From assembly GCF_018350175.1 (NCBI RefSeq), contig NC_058369.1, positions 21,640,001 to 21,704,000 of the forward strand: a stretch of 64,000 nt of DNA. The letters are read 5' to 3'. How positions within the stretch are numbered: the first letter of the stretch is position 1; each line of letters begins with the position of its first letter. The stretch is from Felis catus (lineage: Eukaryota). Below, piece after piece: positions 1-13,230 of this stretch. The notes beneath the pieces are model-generated. The model worked only from the letters and a program-made list of their open reading frames with translations. It was not told where the DNA came from and ran no database searches. Both the position numbers and the translations under genes were made by a program.

Positions 1-172
1 GGAGAGAGAGCGTGAGCAGGAGAGGGATAGAGACAGAGAGAGAGAATCCCAAGCAGGCCCCACACTGTCAGCACAGAGCCTGATGTGGGACTCGAACCCA
101 CGAACTGTGAGATCGTGACCTGAGCCGAAATCAAGAGTCGGACACTTAACTGACTGAGCCACCCAGGTGCCC
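1..172 (-). mobile_element. Can-SINE (cut by window edge)
   Basis: Reverse of the gggcacctgggtggctcagtcagttaag head; (GA)n tract. Confidence 0.9.
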
Positions 173-3169
173 ATAAAATCATTTGCTATCAGGAAAAAGT
201 GCATGCAGACATCTGACTCTGGTCTACTTCCCTGCTTCAGCCTTGGAGCACACTGGCACACTTGCTCTCCGGCTCACCACGCCAGCCCCTGAGAAATGCT
301 GCACGGGGACTTTTCCTTGGCTCCCATGATGGCCCCAGAACAACAGGTCAGGGATTAGAACCTTCTGGAGATGGAGAAGAGGTCAAGTTAACCCCCAGGA
401 TCTTACCAAGAGACAAAGGCGGGGGTGGAGTTAGAATGTGATTCTCAGGCTCTCTGGTTCTGTTGGTCATCTGGATCAGCAGCCGGTCCCAGGGCCAAAA
501 CATCTCCCAGGCTGCGAAGGCAACGGGAACCCTGGCAGAGGTTGGAGGAATGGCCCACAGAGGCTGATGGGAATGGGGGGCCTGGGGGAGTGGGCTGTGT
601 GAGTCACAACCAGGCAAACCCAAGTCACAGTTCTTTAAGGAGGAGCAAGAGGAACAAGAGGAGCAAAAGGAAGGCCTGATGGACCCCTGCCACTCAGATA
701 TGACCCAGATACCGAATGTCAACAGCCTTACTCCTCCCCCAAGGATCAGACACATCTGGTGCCTCTGTGCTGTCTACAAGTCCTAACTGTGGCCAGAACA
801 CCCGTCCCTTCTTAGGAAACCCACCTTAACAGTAGTACTCAAGACAGCACCCGATGGGTACCCCCAACAATTGGCCTTTCTCTTTCTCCCGGGCTGCTTC
901 TGGAAGGAGAAAGCCAGCTGATCTGCACCTGGCACCCTCCTCCCAGTCCAGCCAGGGAATCACAAGGAACAAACATGGAGTTTACAGAGGTTAAATCAGA
1001 TGGGCTGATTGCAGAGATAGTGCTTGTTTTTTGTGGTCTTTTTTTAGGGTGAGGAGGAAGAATTCAACAGGTTTTAGATCAGCCATGATGAGTGGGTTCA
1101 AGGTGAGGGCACTGGCAAACTGGTGAGTGAGGCCGTGTAGGGGTGCCACGGCCTGGGCCTAAAGCTGAGGCTGTGGGAGCCAGAGCCACGGCCGCCCACC
1201 CACATGGCAGGACCAACTCAGGCCTTTCCGTCTTCTCTTCGGGAGCTGCTGACAGCGGCTGGCCCTCCTGGGACAAAGCCACGTTCTCCTCTATCGCCAA
1301 GGGCCCTTTTTCTTTCTGCTTTAATCAAAGGCTGCAGGGAAATCTAAACAACAAGCTGAGGCAATTTCTGAAACGGCTGAAAATCATTTAACAGGCTTCT
1401 GAAGCATCCCCTCTTGTTCTGGGGAGCCGCTCAGGCTGGGCTTCCCCGGAAGCTGTGGCTTTGCCTCTCTGGGCCTGGCTACCAGAGTTCACCGAGATTC
1501 AGGGGCCCTAGGGCCTGGTTCTGCGCAGTCTCCCTGACCCATATCTCACCCTTGTAAGCCCCTCCAGGCAAGCTGGGCTGAGAAGGGGCTTTCATTTCCT
1601 CTTCAGTTGTAGCCTTGCCTTCAAGGAAAGGAGAAAGAAAGGTTTCTATTTAAGGAAGAAAGGACTCAACCACAGGCACATAGCTTCTGTGGACTGGGGT
1701 TCAATGGGGAAGAGGAAGCAGGTAGGGGTGAAACAAATGCTCCCAGGGCCACAGTTCCTCACTAACGCTGTTTGGCAGACTTATTCCACTCACAGGGCAA
1801 ACACTAGGCTGGTGCTGGGCACCCTCTGCAGCCTCGCCTTTATTTCTTGCCACACCCTATGAGGCAAGTGGTCTTATGCCCATTTTTAGACGAGTAAACG
1901 GAGACTCAAAGGGAAACTGCCTTGCTCAAGGTCACACAGTTTGAAGGGTCTGCCTCCAGGCCCCTCTCTGGGACCCCCACCAAAAACCACCTTCCTCATT
2001 CTAGAGGTAGAAGGAAAACAGGGCTGTCGGAAGAAAGGGAAAGGCATGGGATGGGGACAGAGCAGCCTGGAAGGTCAGAAGCACAGGCAACTGAGCCTGA
2101 CCGGGGCAAACGCCCGGTAGCCGGGGAGGAGAGGAGAGGTGTGAGGGTTGGAGGCTGGACAGGTGTGGACAGCAGCTGGGTTCCCCAGGGCGCCCTTCCC
2201 ATCAGCCAGGGCAGGAGCCGAGGAAAGGGACGGGGACTGTGTTTATAATACCGTGCATTCTGGGTCAATGCCTTTCGTGGGTGACAGAGCCAAGGAAAAG
2301 CAGTGAACTCCGCGGGTGTAATGCCTGTGCTTCTCTCTCCTCTGCTAGCTCATCCAGAAATAGGCCTTTGAGTTGGGTCCACAGGGTGGGAGAGTGGAGC
2401 CTGGGTGGGCACGGATGTGGGTGGGGTGTCCAGAGTGTGAACCTGGCCAAGGGATGGAGAGCAGAAAAGAAAGACAGGACCACGAGGTGTTTAGGAAGAC
2501 TTGCTGTGGGCTGTTTCCCACAGCTCTCAGAGCTGCCTCTGTTCTTACACGCCCCCTGGGCCCTGCGGGGTGCCTAGTGACAGATGACAGAGAGCAAGAT
2601 CTCCTGGTAAGGAAGTGGCCTGGGAGTCCCAAAGCCAGCCGCCCTCCCACTCCTTGGTGGCTGTCACCTGGGGTCAAGGACGTTCATAGATAGGGGGCCG
2701 TGGGCTTCAGAGAGCTTTTTCTTTGTAACGTACATCATTTTTTGGCCAGATTTATTTCTTCCAGATATTTCTTATTCAAGCTAATGCTAATGGCTGCGCA
2801 AAGCAGTGACCTTGCATTCTTTAAGACGAAACGAAGGCTGAGGCAGGGGAGGAGTTGCAGGGGAAAACGAGCCCTAGAAGGTCAGAGCTTTCAAACATCA
2901 AACCCTGTGGATTTCAGGATTTGTTTTGTTTTCTAACAAAAAGAATTTTTCTGTCAAGCAAACTCTTAAACTAAGCCTCAAATTGCAAAACGAATAAAAT
3001 CAGCACTGCCCCTGCTGGAACAGGAGCAGGACAGCGCCTGCACCTGCTCAGGCCCAGGCCTTACCTCCACAGATCACAGCGGGCCCGCATCAGGGAGGAA
3101 GGGCTGGGGTCCAGGGCAGGGCTCAGGAAGCAGGCACACAGGGTCGACCCCAGTTCTGCCACCTTCTTC

Positions 3170-3351
3170 TTTTTTTTAATTTTTAAAAAAATGTTTATCT
3201 TTGAGACAGAGTGTGAGCAGGGGAGGGGCAGAGAGAGAGAGAGAGGGAGACACAGAATCCAAAGCAGGCTGACATGGGGCTCAAACCCACAAACCATGAG
3301 ATCATGACCTGAGCCGAAGTCAGACACTTAACCGAGCCACCCAGGCTCCCC
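3170..3351 (-). mobile_element. Can-SINE with internal deletion
   Basis: SINE head and tail present; degenerate TSD g(c/t)caccttctt. Confidence 0.9.
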
Positions 3352-3644
3352 TTGTCACCTTCTTCCTAGCTGGGTGGCCAAGGAGCAAATTAAGCCACAT
3401 CTCTGTGCCTCAGCTTCCTCACCTGTAACACGCAGACGACAGATGGGGCAGCTTGAAGGTCTAACTGCTAACACATACCAAGTGTGTGGTCACCCAGTAC
3501 CTGGCACGCGCTCAGTGCTCCATAATTGGCCGAGTCGGGGAGACTTGTTCAAGGTCACCCAGTGAGTGAGGAAAGGGCAGCCAGGCTGGCGTATAATTGA
3601 CGGCATGTGTTCACCACCAAGTGCCATTTAAAAAACAAAACCCT

Positions 3645-3860
3645 GGGGCGCCTGGGTGGCTCAGTCAGTTGAGCATCCGATTTCGGCTCAGGTCATGATC
3701 TCACAGCTTGTGAGTTTGAGCCCCGCATTGGGCTCTGTGCTGACAGCTCTGAGCCTGGAGCCTGCTTCGGATTCTGTGTCTCCCTTTCTCTGCCCCTTCC
3801 CTGTTCACGCTCTGTCTATCTGTGTCTCTCTCAAAAATAAGTAAACATTAAAACAAAAAC
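3645..3860 (+). mobile_element. Can-SINE (feliform type)
   Basis: ggggcgcctgggtggctcagtc head, CT tract, A tail; TSD aaaacaaaaccct. Confidence 0.92.
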
Positions 3861-6800
3861 AAAACAAAACCCTGCTTGTGTGCTTCCGAAGGCAGACATG
3901 GATGCAAGCGGGTTTCCTCAGTGACCCCGCAGATGGAACAAACACCGCAGGCAGGACGCCTCTGGGGTCCTGCCGCCCAGAGCCTGGCTCTCAGCCCTGT
4001 GTTTGCAGGTTTGCTGCAGGAGAGCCGAGGAGGCGAGGACAAGTCGCCAGTGTGCCTGGGCATCATGCCATCAGCCCCGCTGGGGAGCCAGGGAGACGCA
4101 TGATTTTACTCATGGATACAAAAGAAAAAATGGAAAGGAGCTCTGTCCCTTCTATTGACCCCCCACAGCCTGACATCTGCACACCTGCCAGAGCATTCTT
4201 TTGTCATTGGAGAGATGCCACTCAGGGATCTCATGAGCTACAGAAGGAAGAAAGGAATCTTGTGCTGTGGTTCAGACATTAAAAATGCGCTCTGTTCATC
4301 TGGTTTGTTCATAAAATTGTTGTGTTAATGCCCTAGGGGAAACGGAAAGCTATTTTAGCAACATTCCCTAGTTTGGTTGGGATTACGTGTGGAGGAAAAC
4401 ATTCCCATGTCTGTCATGGCTACAGTCTCGCTTTTCCTGTTTTCGTGGTTCCCCCTGCATGGCCACGGGAGGCTCTGATGAGGGCTGGACAAGAATGTGC
4501 TCCGAGACCGGGGAGGCTGGAGTTAACCAGCGCTGAGGGGTTCACGCACCTGTCGAAAGGATGGAGGCTCCCGTGTCACCGGAATTGTGTCACAGTCCTC
4601 CTGGGGACAGGGTGGAAACGAAAAGGCCATCTGGGAGAGGCCCTCTGGTACCCTGTATGCCATTCTGCCCTTGTGTCACCTTTTGTGATTTACAAAAGCG
4701 AGTGCAAAGGAGTGAGCGTGGGGTAGGTGAGCCGGGAACAAACCAGCGCTGCCCTCAGTGAGTCACGCTTTCCTTCCAGACCGCCTCCTCCCTCGCCAGA
4801 CATGGCCGTGTGGAAGCCACACACTATTACTTCCACATAATTGAAAAGGGTGTCAGGGTCTCCCAGACACGAACCAGAAACATGCTGCTCAGCTGTCATG
4901 TCCAATGTGACTAATGCAGTCGTGTCTTAATCAGTCCCTGCTCACTGCCTGCTCTAACGGAATCAGAGCCCTGCTCCAAGGCCTCACTTTGTGACAGGGT
5001 GGTGCAGAAGAGAGGCAAGGACCAAGAGGTGTCAGTTTTCCGGGCCCCTTTCCCACCTGGCACTGTGAGCCAGGCGGCCTCTGCCAAATGCACTTGTCAG
5101 GCCAGGGCAACATTGAGACAGTGTAGCCAACGGGGTCATAACTTTGGGACACATTTACATTTTGGAGGGAGGGAGGAAACGAGACAAATCAACGGTGATT
5201 GCGGAGATTCCTTTGCAAGTCGGCTGTTCCATCACAGGCCCTCAGGCAGCTCCTGAGGCTGAAGGAGCAGCCCTGGATGAGGTGTGCCACCCCGCCCAGC
5301 CCCTACCCAGCAAGAGCTGACTGAACCGGGGCTCAGCTGCCCCAAGAGCGGCCCATCCCCTGGCTCACTGTGACCTTGCCCCACAGCCTCTGCCCGCTAT
5401 GGACAACCTGGGCCGGATCCTTTTTTCCTGCAGGGGCTTGGCATCGGGAACAGAAGTTACAGCTGAGAGGACTGGGGGCTGGAGACAAAAGGTGGTGAGA
5501 AGGAAGGTCTCATCAATGACAGTGCTGCTCAGCCTGAGGCAGCATCTGGTTCTGAAGACTCCTCTTGGCACCGCCCGCCAGCCCGACCGCCCTGCCCACC
5601 ATCTGGGGCCCCAGGAGAGGTGAGAATCACCCCAGGAGGAAGCCAGGAGAAGCAGAGAGGGCCAGGAGCTCGCTGGTGCCTCACCTCCAGCCTCATGGTG
5701 AGGGGGCTTCACAGCCCCCCTTCCCGAGTTCCCGGGGCCTGTTGTCAGCAACCAGGGGCCCTCAACTCCTCAGGAACCTGACACAGCAACGAAACAGCAT
5801 GCCAACTGGCCAACTACGGCTCTTGTGCACCTGTGCACCCTTTATGTTCAGTGGGGGGCACAGGGTACTGTACTAGGTCTCACAAGCCATGGGGAGGGTC
5901 TCCAGAGGGTGCTGGGGCCTGCAGAGGCTAGCACGGAGTTCTGGGTGCACGGACTCTGGTGAGGACTTAACTCATGAGGGGAAAGACCCAACTCCCTGCA
6001 TCACACTTCCAAGCCCCTTCCACCTATGCCGCATTGCCCAGGAGTGATGGAGAAGTTCCTGGGCAAGGAATTGACTGCACTTTGGGACAGGGGCACCCAG
6101 CCACTTCTGTTCATTAAGAAGAATTTATAAGACCTTTTTAATTAGGCCCCTAAAGGAGGCTGAATGACACTAAGAGCCCAATTTTCCAATTTTACTATGT
6201 TGTACCCAGATGACTCTGGTTAAAAAGCAATGACATTGACTAACAGGACTGATCGTGCCATGGTAAGTGGGGTCAGATGATGATGCAAATCAGTACGCAT
6301 CTTCCTTTCCCTCCAATTTTTCAAATAAAGCACCTTTTTTCTTCTTTCTTTGAAAGTTAACTAGCAAATGAAATATTTACATTAAGGGCTACTTCACCCA
6401 GGTACAGCAAGTAAGAGCAAAATAAAACAAGAGCATCTGATGGGCTCAAAAGTCAAATTTCCAAATTAAATACATACATGGTCAAGCACCTGATGGAGGA
6501 AGATGTGAAGGTGAGAGGGAACCCAGGACTCCCCCAAATCACGGTCTAAAATCACACACTTGCCCTACCTGCCTGACAGGAGTCCTGATCCGTCAAAGGA
6601 TGGCTGCTTAATTTTTAAAAAATGACCAAGACAAGGACCAGGCCAGACAGAGAAGACAGGAGACAGAAAAGCCCAGCAAATGATGGGAAACGGTGCTTGG
6701 GGCAGGAAGGGGAGAAGAGGAGCGTGCTGCTAGGCCTTTCTGTCCCAGACACAGAAGATCCCCCTGCAGAGGCTGGGAAACTGCCCCTCTTTCAGAGTTA

Positions 6801-7018
6801 GGGCCCACAGGCCAGTCACAGCATCACTGCAGGAGAAAAAGTTCCCAGGAGGAATAAAGGTGGTTCACATACTCCAGCTATCTGCCCACCGTCCTTCTGA
6901 ATTTTTTTCTTCTGTGGAAGGAAAAGATGTGAATAAAAGAATGGATTTGTTTTAAAATCAGGGGACTGACAGGAAACTAGCAACACAATCGAATTCCACA
7001 GGAAACAGGCGGGAGGGT

Positions 7019-7032
7019 GTGCCCCCTGCTGG
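7019..7032 (-). promoter_or_regulatory. CTCF consensus motif
   Basis: Minus strand reads CCAGCAGGGGGCAC, an exact fit to CCASYAGRKGGCRS. Confidence 0.55.
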
Positions 7033-7679
7033 ATGCAGGCTGGCACGTGGCCACACGGCACTTCCAGAGCCAGGAGTGAGCGTTAAGTAGCGTGGCAGCA
7101 GCATCCCCTCACCAAGGGACCCAAATGGCCGAATCTGAAGTCACCGACACATGCACACGGCCAGAGCAGCACAGAAGGAATACTGTTATTCTCACCATCA
7201 AAGGCTTCTTCGTTTCATAAGAGGACGTGCTTGTTGCGGCAGCACATATACTAAAAGGATGTGCTTTAGAGACTGGTTTCCATGGAGAAGCAGCCTCACT
7301 GTATTTTGAGTGGTACTTAAAGCCAAATGTGTGGTTCCCCCCAGAAACTCTGCTCAGGTACAGTGAGGGAGCTTGGCACACATGTCCACAAACATGGTGT
7401 GGCGTTAGGGCACTGGCAAGGGAAAGCCCTCGAGCCAGCGCTTGGGCCCAACTACATTTCCAGGAGGTGGCCAGGGGGAGGAGGCAGAGGTCAGCAGAGT
7501 CTAGAGGGCCTGCTGCCAACGTGCTGACAGCCCAGGAGGCAGGTGCTCATAGTGAGAACACACCCGCTTGCCCAAAACTCAGCCGTGGGACTACTTTTCC
7601 TATAAACAGGGAGGTAGGACATGGGAAGGAGCCCTGGACCGCTGGCCTAGCTGGCCATCTTCCAAGGGGAGCTGGCCCT

Positions 7680-7912
7680 GGGGCACCAGGATGGATGGCT
7701 CAGTAGGGTAAGTGACCGACTCTTGGTTTCAGCTCAGGTCGTGATCTCACGGTTTTGTGAGTTCGAGCACTGCATCAGGTTCTGCGTGGACAGTTTGGAG
7801 CCTGCTTGGGATTCTCTGTCTCCCTCTCTCTCTCTGCTCCTCCCCAGCTTGCGCTTTCTCTGTCTTCCCTCAGAATAAATAAACTAAAAATAAAAAAATA
7901 AAGAACAACAGA
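7680..7912 (+). mobile_element. Can-SINE
   Basis: Head/CT tract/A tail; TSD ggagctggccct (7668-7679, 7913-7924). Confidence 0.88.
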
Positions 7913-9103
7913 GGAGCTGGCCCTGACCGCAGCGGCCCTGTGCTGACAGCAGTTCCAGGTGGACCGTGCGGGGTGAGGGATGAGAGACCAGAGCACCAGC
8001 TGTCAGGCACAGCCTCCACACCGGGGAGCACAGCAGAAACCTGGCTGGGCCCATTCCCAAGAGCTGGGGAGTTGGCAATATTGTCAGGCAACAGCAGCTC
8101 CTCCTGGAGCAGAGAATGAACATTGTGAACGTGTGCACAACTGGTCCCGAACCCTGATGCGGGTGAGGACGATGGGGTGTGCTAACCTTAGTTTGCCAAA
8201 AAGGCTGCTCCCAGTGCCCTGCCCCCAGACATGATGGTTCCAAAGGTCTGGAGTGGGTCCTGGGAAGCTGTATTTCTAACTTGCAACCAGGCAATTCTGA
8301 GGCAGGTAGTTTAAGGGCCACTTTTGGAGTCTGGGGTCAAATGGGCATGCAGTGGGTAACAGGGTTCCAGGGGAGAGGGTGGTGGCCAAGGGCAGCAGAG
8401 GAGGAACTTGTGAGCCCTAAAGGTCGATTTCTGTACACTCAAGAGGTAAATAAAAGTACACGGAGGGAGGGAGGGCTGCTTCAGTGCGTGCTGCCCACCC
8501 CACCCCATAGGACAATCAGTTCTAAGCTAGCCTGACCATGCCTTACAAGAGCATAATCAAGGCCACGCTTTGGGAGGGTCTCTGACTGGGCAATGATACC
8601 TTGCATTTAGCTACTTTTCCAATTAGCACAAAGCATTCTCCCTTTGAACAGATAAAAAGTCCAAGTGGCTTGGCGCTAGTCTCCACGTGCTGTGGGTCTT
8701 GGTCCTTGGCCCCTGGGTGTGTATTAAAGGGGTGCATTTTAGCCAAACCACCACCTGACACAAGTTGCCCTGTTTCTGGGTATAAATGGAAAGTGTGGGA
8801 CATCAGGACCACTATGACCATCACCATTATCACTATTACCATCCAGGATATGGGTTGTGTCAATGATACCCAAAAGGAATTAATATATTAGTGAAAGAAG
8901 AAAAATGCTTTGCCACCTGAGAACGATGCCTGATGATGTTGCCTGCTGGCTGCAGGGTGCGGGATGCAGGGCTCAGACCATCATCTGGAGGACCAGATCC
9001 CCAGGCCTGCCACTCTTGTCCGGAAGCTGGCATTCAGGGTTACTGAGAAGCGCTGGACGCAATGGGCCGGAGGGAGGGGCTGGCCACACAGAAAGCACCC
9101 CAT

Positions 9104-9109
9104 TTTATT
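9104..9109 (-). terminator. Candidate RFT1 polyadenylation signal AATAAA
   Basis: tttatt on + about 810 nt past the stop codon, followed on the minus strand by a GU-rich stretch (gggtgctttctgtgtgg). Usage not shown. Confidence 0.45.
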
Positions 9110-9920
9110 CTGAAGGAAAAAAATACCCCACTTCCGCTTCAGCTGCCATCTGCGCAATCTCCGCGAGAGCAGCGCTCCCTTCAGGGGCCAAGGAAGCTCA
9201 CACCAGGTCACCGCTCCCTCAGAGCCTTCTTGCAGGTGGCCAAGCCGGGGGTCTTGAGCCAGCCTGCACTGAATCGGGAAAGGCACGTGGTCTGGGGTGC
9301 ACAGCAGCCAAGATGAGGTGTGTGACTCCTCCTAGCTAACTCCGGGAAATGTGACCCAAAAGACTCTGCGTTTTCATTTCTTGGGTTTCTCATTGAGGAA
9401 CGTTGTTCCCTCTCTAAAAACCCAGACCACAGTGCTGACATGGGGAAAGCCACAACTCCAGGGCCATCTCTGTTCTAATTTGGTGCATAACATCAGGTCT
9501 CCTTCCTTCTCTTACGGAGTAAGTTCCATGTTCCTGTGAAGGGTCAAGTGGCCACATCTGTTTCCGGGCCAGGATGTTAACTATAACGTCCAGGAGATAG
9601 TTTGCTGGTGTGTGTGGCACCTTAGGTCAATCACAGCAGAAAGGAATACATTAATCAAAGGGAAAAATACTGATTAGAACAGACTGGTGACAAAAATAAC
9701 GTATTGATTTTAAAAGAGCTTTTTGGTCTTCCCTTAGAAGCGGAGCTCCTCCTTCCCGTTGGGAGGTTCGAACAGACGGCGTTCAGTCCGGCAGCTCTCC
9801 GACGTGTCACCTGCCTGGGTCAGTCCTACTCCACTGCAGACCCCCAGCAGGGCTCTTCTGCACCTGCACAAAACTGCCCCGCGGCTGGTCCAGGTGCCAC
9901 AGGTGTCCATGCCTCTGCGG

Positions 9921-10088
9921 TCACAAGGTTTTGTCAGCCAGTCTGGACACACCTAACTGAGTCCTAACAAAGTGGATCAGCCTGGTCTCTGTGAGGAACG
10001 CTGTCCCAATAGTCATTCCCAAGCAAAGGGCCCCCACGGCAATGTGCGCCAGCCTGGCTGGCCAGCCCTGCTCACAGCAGAGCAACAC
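9921..10088 (-). CDS. RFT1: RFT1 exon 13 coding part ([55 protein letters not shown])
   Basis: Acceptor ttcccacag|GTG; TGA at 9923-9921; 168 nt. Confidence 0.97.
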   Translation of the reverse strand: MLLCCEQGWPARLAHIAVGALCLGMTIGTAFLTETRLIHFVRTQLGVSRLADKTL

Positions 10089-10304
10089 CTGTGGGAAGAA
10101 AGCATGGTCATCACCCCTCCATCCGTATGGCCTTCCTCTGGGGCAAGCCAGGGAAAGTGGAGGCCCTAATATTCCAGCTTCAGGTCAGAAAGAAGGGGTG
10201 ACAACCGCACACCGAAGGGCTTCTCTGTTCCCACTGATAACACTGTTTGGCCACGTCTATCATAAGATGCTGTCCTAGAGGCTTAGGGGAAGGGGTGGCA
10301 AATA

Positions 10305-10545
10305 CAGTAGAACCTTGGATTGTGAGTAACTTGTTCTGCAAGTGTTCTGCAAGATGAGCAAACACTTCTAATACATTTTAACTTGATAAACGAGCAATGT
10401 CTTGCAAAACGAGTAGTATGTGATGCTGAATGTCACATGATCACAACTGAGTCAATGGTTCCTAAAATTTGCTTTGATATAGGAGTGCTTTGGATTACAA
10501 GCATGTTTCTGGAATGAATTATGCTCACAAACCAAGGTTTCATGG
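10305..10545. mobile_element. TcMar-Tigger-like MITE in RFT1 intron 12
   Basis: Starts after TA with CAGTAGAACCTTGGATTGTGAG and ends with the inverted copy CTCACAAACCAAGGTTTC; about 240 bp; non-coding. Confidence 0.7.
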
Positions 10546-10649
10546 CACTTGCCCAGCTGATTCAGGAAGAGGAGGAAGGGGGAGCCGAGAGCAAGGGACA
10601 GTGGGCAGCCTGCAAAATCATGTAGTGTGAAGGCTGCCGGGAGTCTCAC

Positions 10650-10899
10650 CTCAGAAATACCAGTAATCCCACCACTGAGGGCGAATGCTCCGAGGAGGGC
10701 CGGTGATAGGCACAAGCCCACCAGGGGCCTATGAGGGCTCTTTCGGTAGTAGCGGTGGATGAAGCAAAGGCTCTGTGTGATCCGAATGCCCATGTTAAAG
10801 CAGTTGGCCAAGATGAAACCCACACTGCCACACCACTGGGTCAGGAGGTAGGATAACACCAGGAATGAAGATGATAGGGCCAGCATTGTAAAATTGTAC
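10650..10899 (-). CDS. RFT1: RFT1 exon 12 ([40 protein letters not shown]...GGITGISE)
   Basis: Acceptor ctctgcag|G, donor GAG|gtgaga; 250 nt. Confidence 0.97.
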
Positions 10900-11991
10900 C
10901 TGCAGAGAGGGAGACAAGCAAAGCAGGGCAGTGGGTACGTTCTCCCAAGATAAGATTGCTCCAAAATAAGTGGCTGTGAACATGAGATCACAGGAAGCAC
11001 CTCTGAGTTGCCATGACCCAGCTAGTTTTCATAACCATGAATGCTATATGGGTAGCACAGAAATGTCATTGTCCTGCCACCCCCCGGCCCCCCACCGAAT
11101 AGAAGAGTGAGAAAATGAGTAATTCAAGATGTTTATGGTTTTTAAGGATAAGTGATTTGACACTTTGTGGTCAAAACACATAAAAATCCTGTTCAGCCCA
11201 AGTCTTCAATGTGAGGCACAAAGAATATGACAGGGTAATCATTACATATGAATGCAAACTCTGAGACAGGCACTCTGAGGGGTGCGGGGATACGTTGGTG
11301 AGTGACACACGTGGCCCTGCTCTGAGGCTTCGATGCATTTTACAGACAAGGAAACCAGGCACAGAGGCTGAATAATCTACTTAAGGAATGACCTGACTCT
11401 GGGCCCTAAACTTGGGGAAACGCATACTGCTTCCCTTGGGAAATGCAGAAGCCCTGTAACCTTGGCCAGGAGACTATACCCGCAACAGGTGACCAGCCTC
11501 CAAAGTGACATGCACACAGGGAGCAAGGCCTGAATCACTGCAGTGTCCCCATCCTTCCATCTGCTCTTCATGTCACCAGAGCCCTCTGGATTCCTGACTG
11601 GATGGACTATGCTGCCCTTCTACTCTGGCTTCAAGCAGCATGAGCTTAGTTACCTTTAGGTCTCAGCAAGGGCAACTGAGTCTTAGCAAAGAGAAAACAG
11701 TTGCTGTAGTCTTCCAAAAGGCTTGTACAGTCATGAACAAAATTCTCCAGCATCTGGTTTCTGCCTAGCGAGCAACAGGCATTCTAGGTACATAGTTTTT
11801 GAGGGAACCAAACCATTAGGTCCCCCAGCTATGTCTGCTGGGTTAGGAAACCTCATAGGCCACCCAGGTTCAGCACGCAAGGGATGGTAAGAAAGCCACT
11901 ATGTCTGCCAAATGCCCAGGTACTAGTCCTCAGGCTGACCAAGCCCAAGGTGCTATGGAGATATACTTTATCAGAGGAGGTGATAAGAATA

Positions 11992-11992
<1 letters not shown>

Positions 11993-12036
<44 letters not shown>
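11993..12036. repeat. (CA)22 microsatellite
   Basis: Perfect dinucleotide run. Confidence 0.97.
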
Positions 12037-12042
<6 letters not shown>

Positions 12043-12999
12043 CAACAAGGGAGGTGTACTTTTCACTGACAACTGATCAATGATCAGAATGGCCAACTTC
12101 ATAACAAGCCACTGAGGGTGGGGACCATCACAGACCAGTTATGTGACCTCTTTTACAAAAAGAAGTAGAGCTATATAATCTTTTTTTTCTCCCCAAGAAA
12201 ATATCTCAGACAGCTCTACTATACTAATCCTTGGATTTGAGGCAAGAGATTCCAAAACTTTCAAAGTCATTCTCACCCAACTCTAAGTAAAATGTCAATA
12301 ATGGGTGAAACCAGTAGCTAATTCATGCTAATTCAAGCAGCGACGAATTCAACAGTGTGGCTTCTTTGGTGTGGCCATTTGGGAAGAGCTGATAATGATA
12401 AGGGTCCAGTGTTTTTCACTGTCAGAAGATGGCTCTACAGCTGTTGAAATTTCCAGAACTCACAAATCTATAGCCTTAAAGGCATAATCCACTTCAGGAA
12501 AATAAGGGAAATTTAAAGATGCAATTAAAATACCACTTTTTAAATCAATTCAAAATTAGCGACAATAATGACTATTCTATAAGGTTTGGTTACTGTCAAC
12601 AGTAAATTCTTTATGAATGCTGATTTTTTTCATGGCCCCAAGAAAATTCTAGGCTCAAAATCATGCTTATCCAGACACAGATGGTCAAGGATGTGGGCTG
12701 TGGCAACAACTGCAGTATCCCCCAGCGGGTGCTGGTTGAGCACATCAAGGCACAGCCATCAATGTGGCCTCCACAGCCACGAAAAGGATGGTGCCAGTCT
12801 CTGATGAGCCAACATGAGAAAATGGCACTCGTCCTTCACTCAACAATTATGGAGACCAGCTCCACGCTGGACATTCAAAGGCCAACAAAGCAGTCTTGGG
12901 CCTTTGTGTCCCTGTCCCCTGTGCCTGAGAGGCTCTGCCCCATCTTTGTACAGCAGACTCTGCTTGGTCACCCAGCCTCAGCCTGAATGCCACCTCCTC

Positions 13000-13230
13000 A
13001 GAGGGGCCTCCCGATCCAAAAGAGCCTCACTCTCTCTGCATAACCCTGTTGTAGTTATCTGAGCTGCACAGTATTTCCTTATTTATTTACGTGTTTGCTG
13101 TCTGCCTCCCCCACCGTCAGCTTCAGGAGAGCAGGGATCTCGTCTGTCTCTTCATTGCTGTATTCCTAGAGCTTAACACGATGCCTATTAGAGAGCAAAT
13201 GCTCAAAAAGCATTTGTCAAATGAAAAGAA
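13000..13230. mobile_element. L2 LINE 3' fragment
   Basis: Typical L2 end (gtcagcttcaggagagcagggatctcgtctgtctcttcattgctgtattcc...gctcaaaaagcatttgtcaaatgaa). Confidence 0.6.

Noticed and set aside
3645..3730. tRNA-like A/B box sequences
   Set aside because: These are the tRNA-derived heads of Can-SINEs, followed by a CT tract, poly-A and TSDs. They are not tRNA genes.
10452..11000. 182-aa ORF as an independent gene
   Set aside because: It is RFT1 exon 12 read through into flanking intron and MITE sequence.
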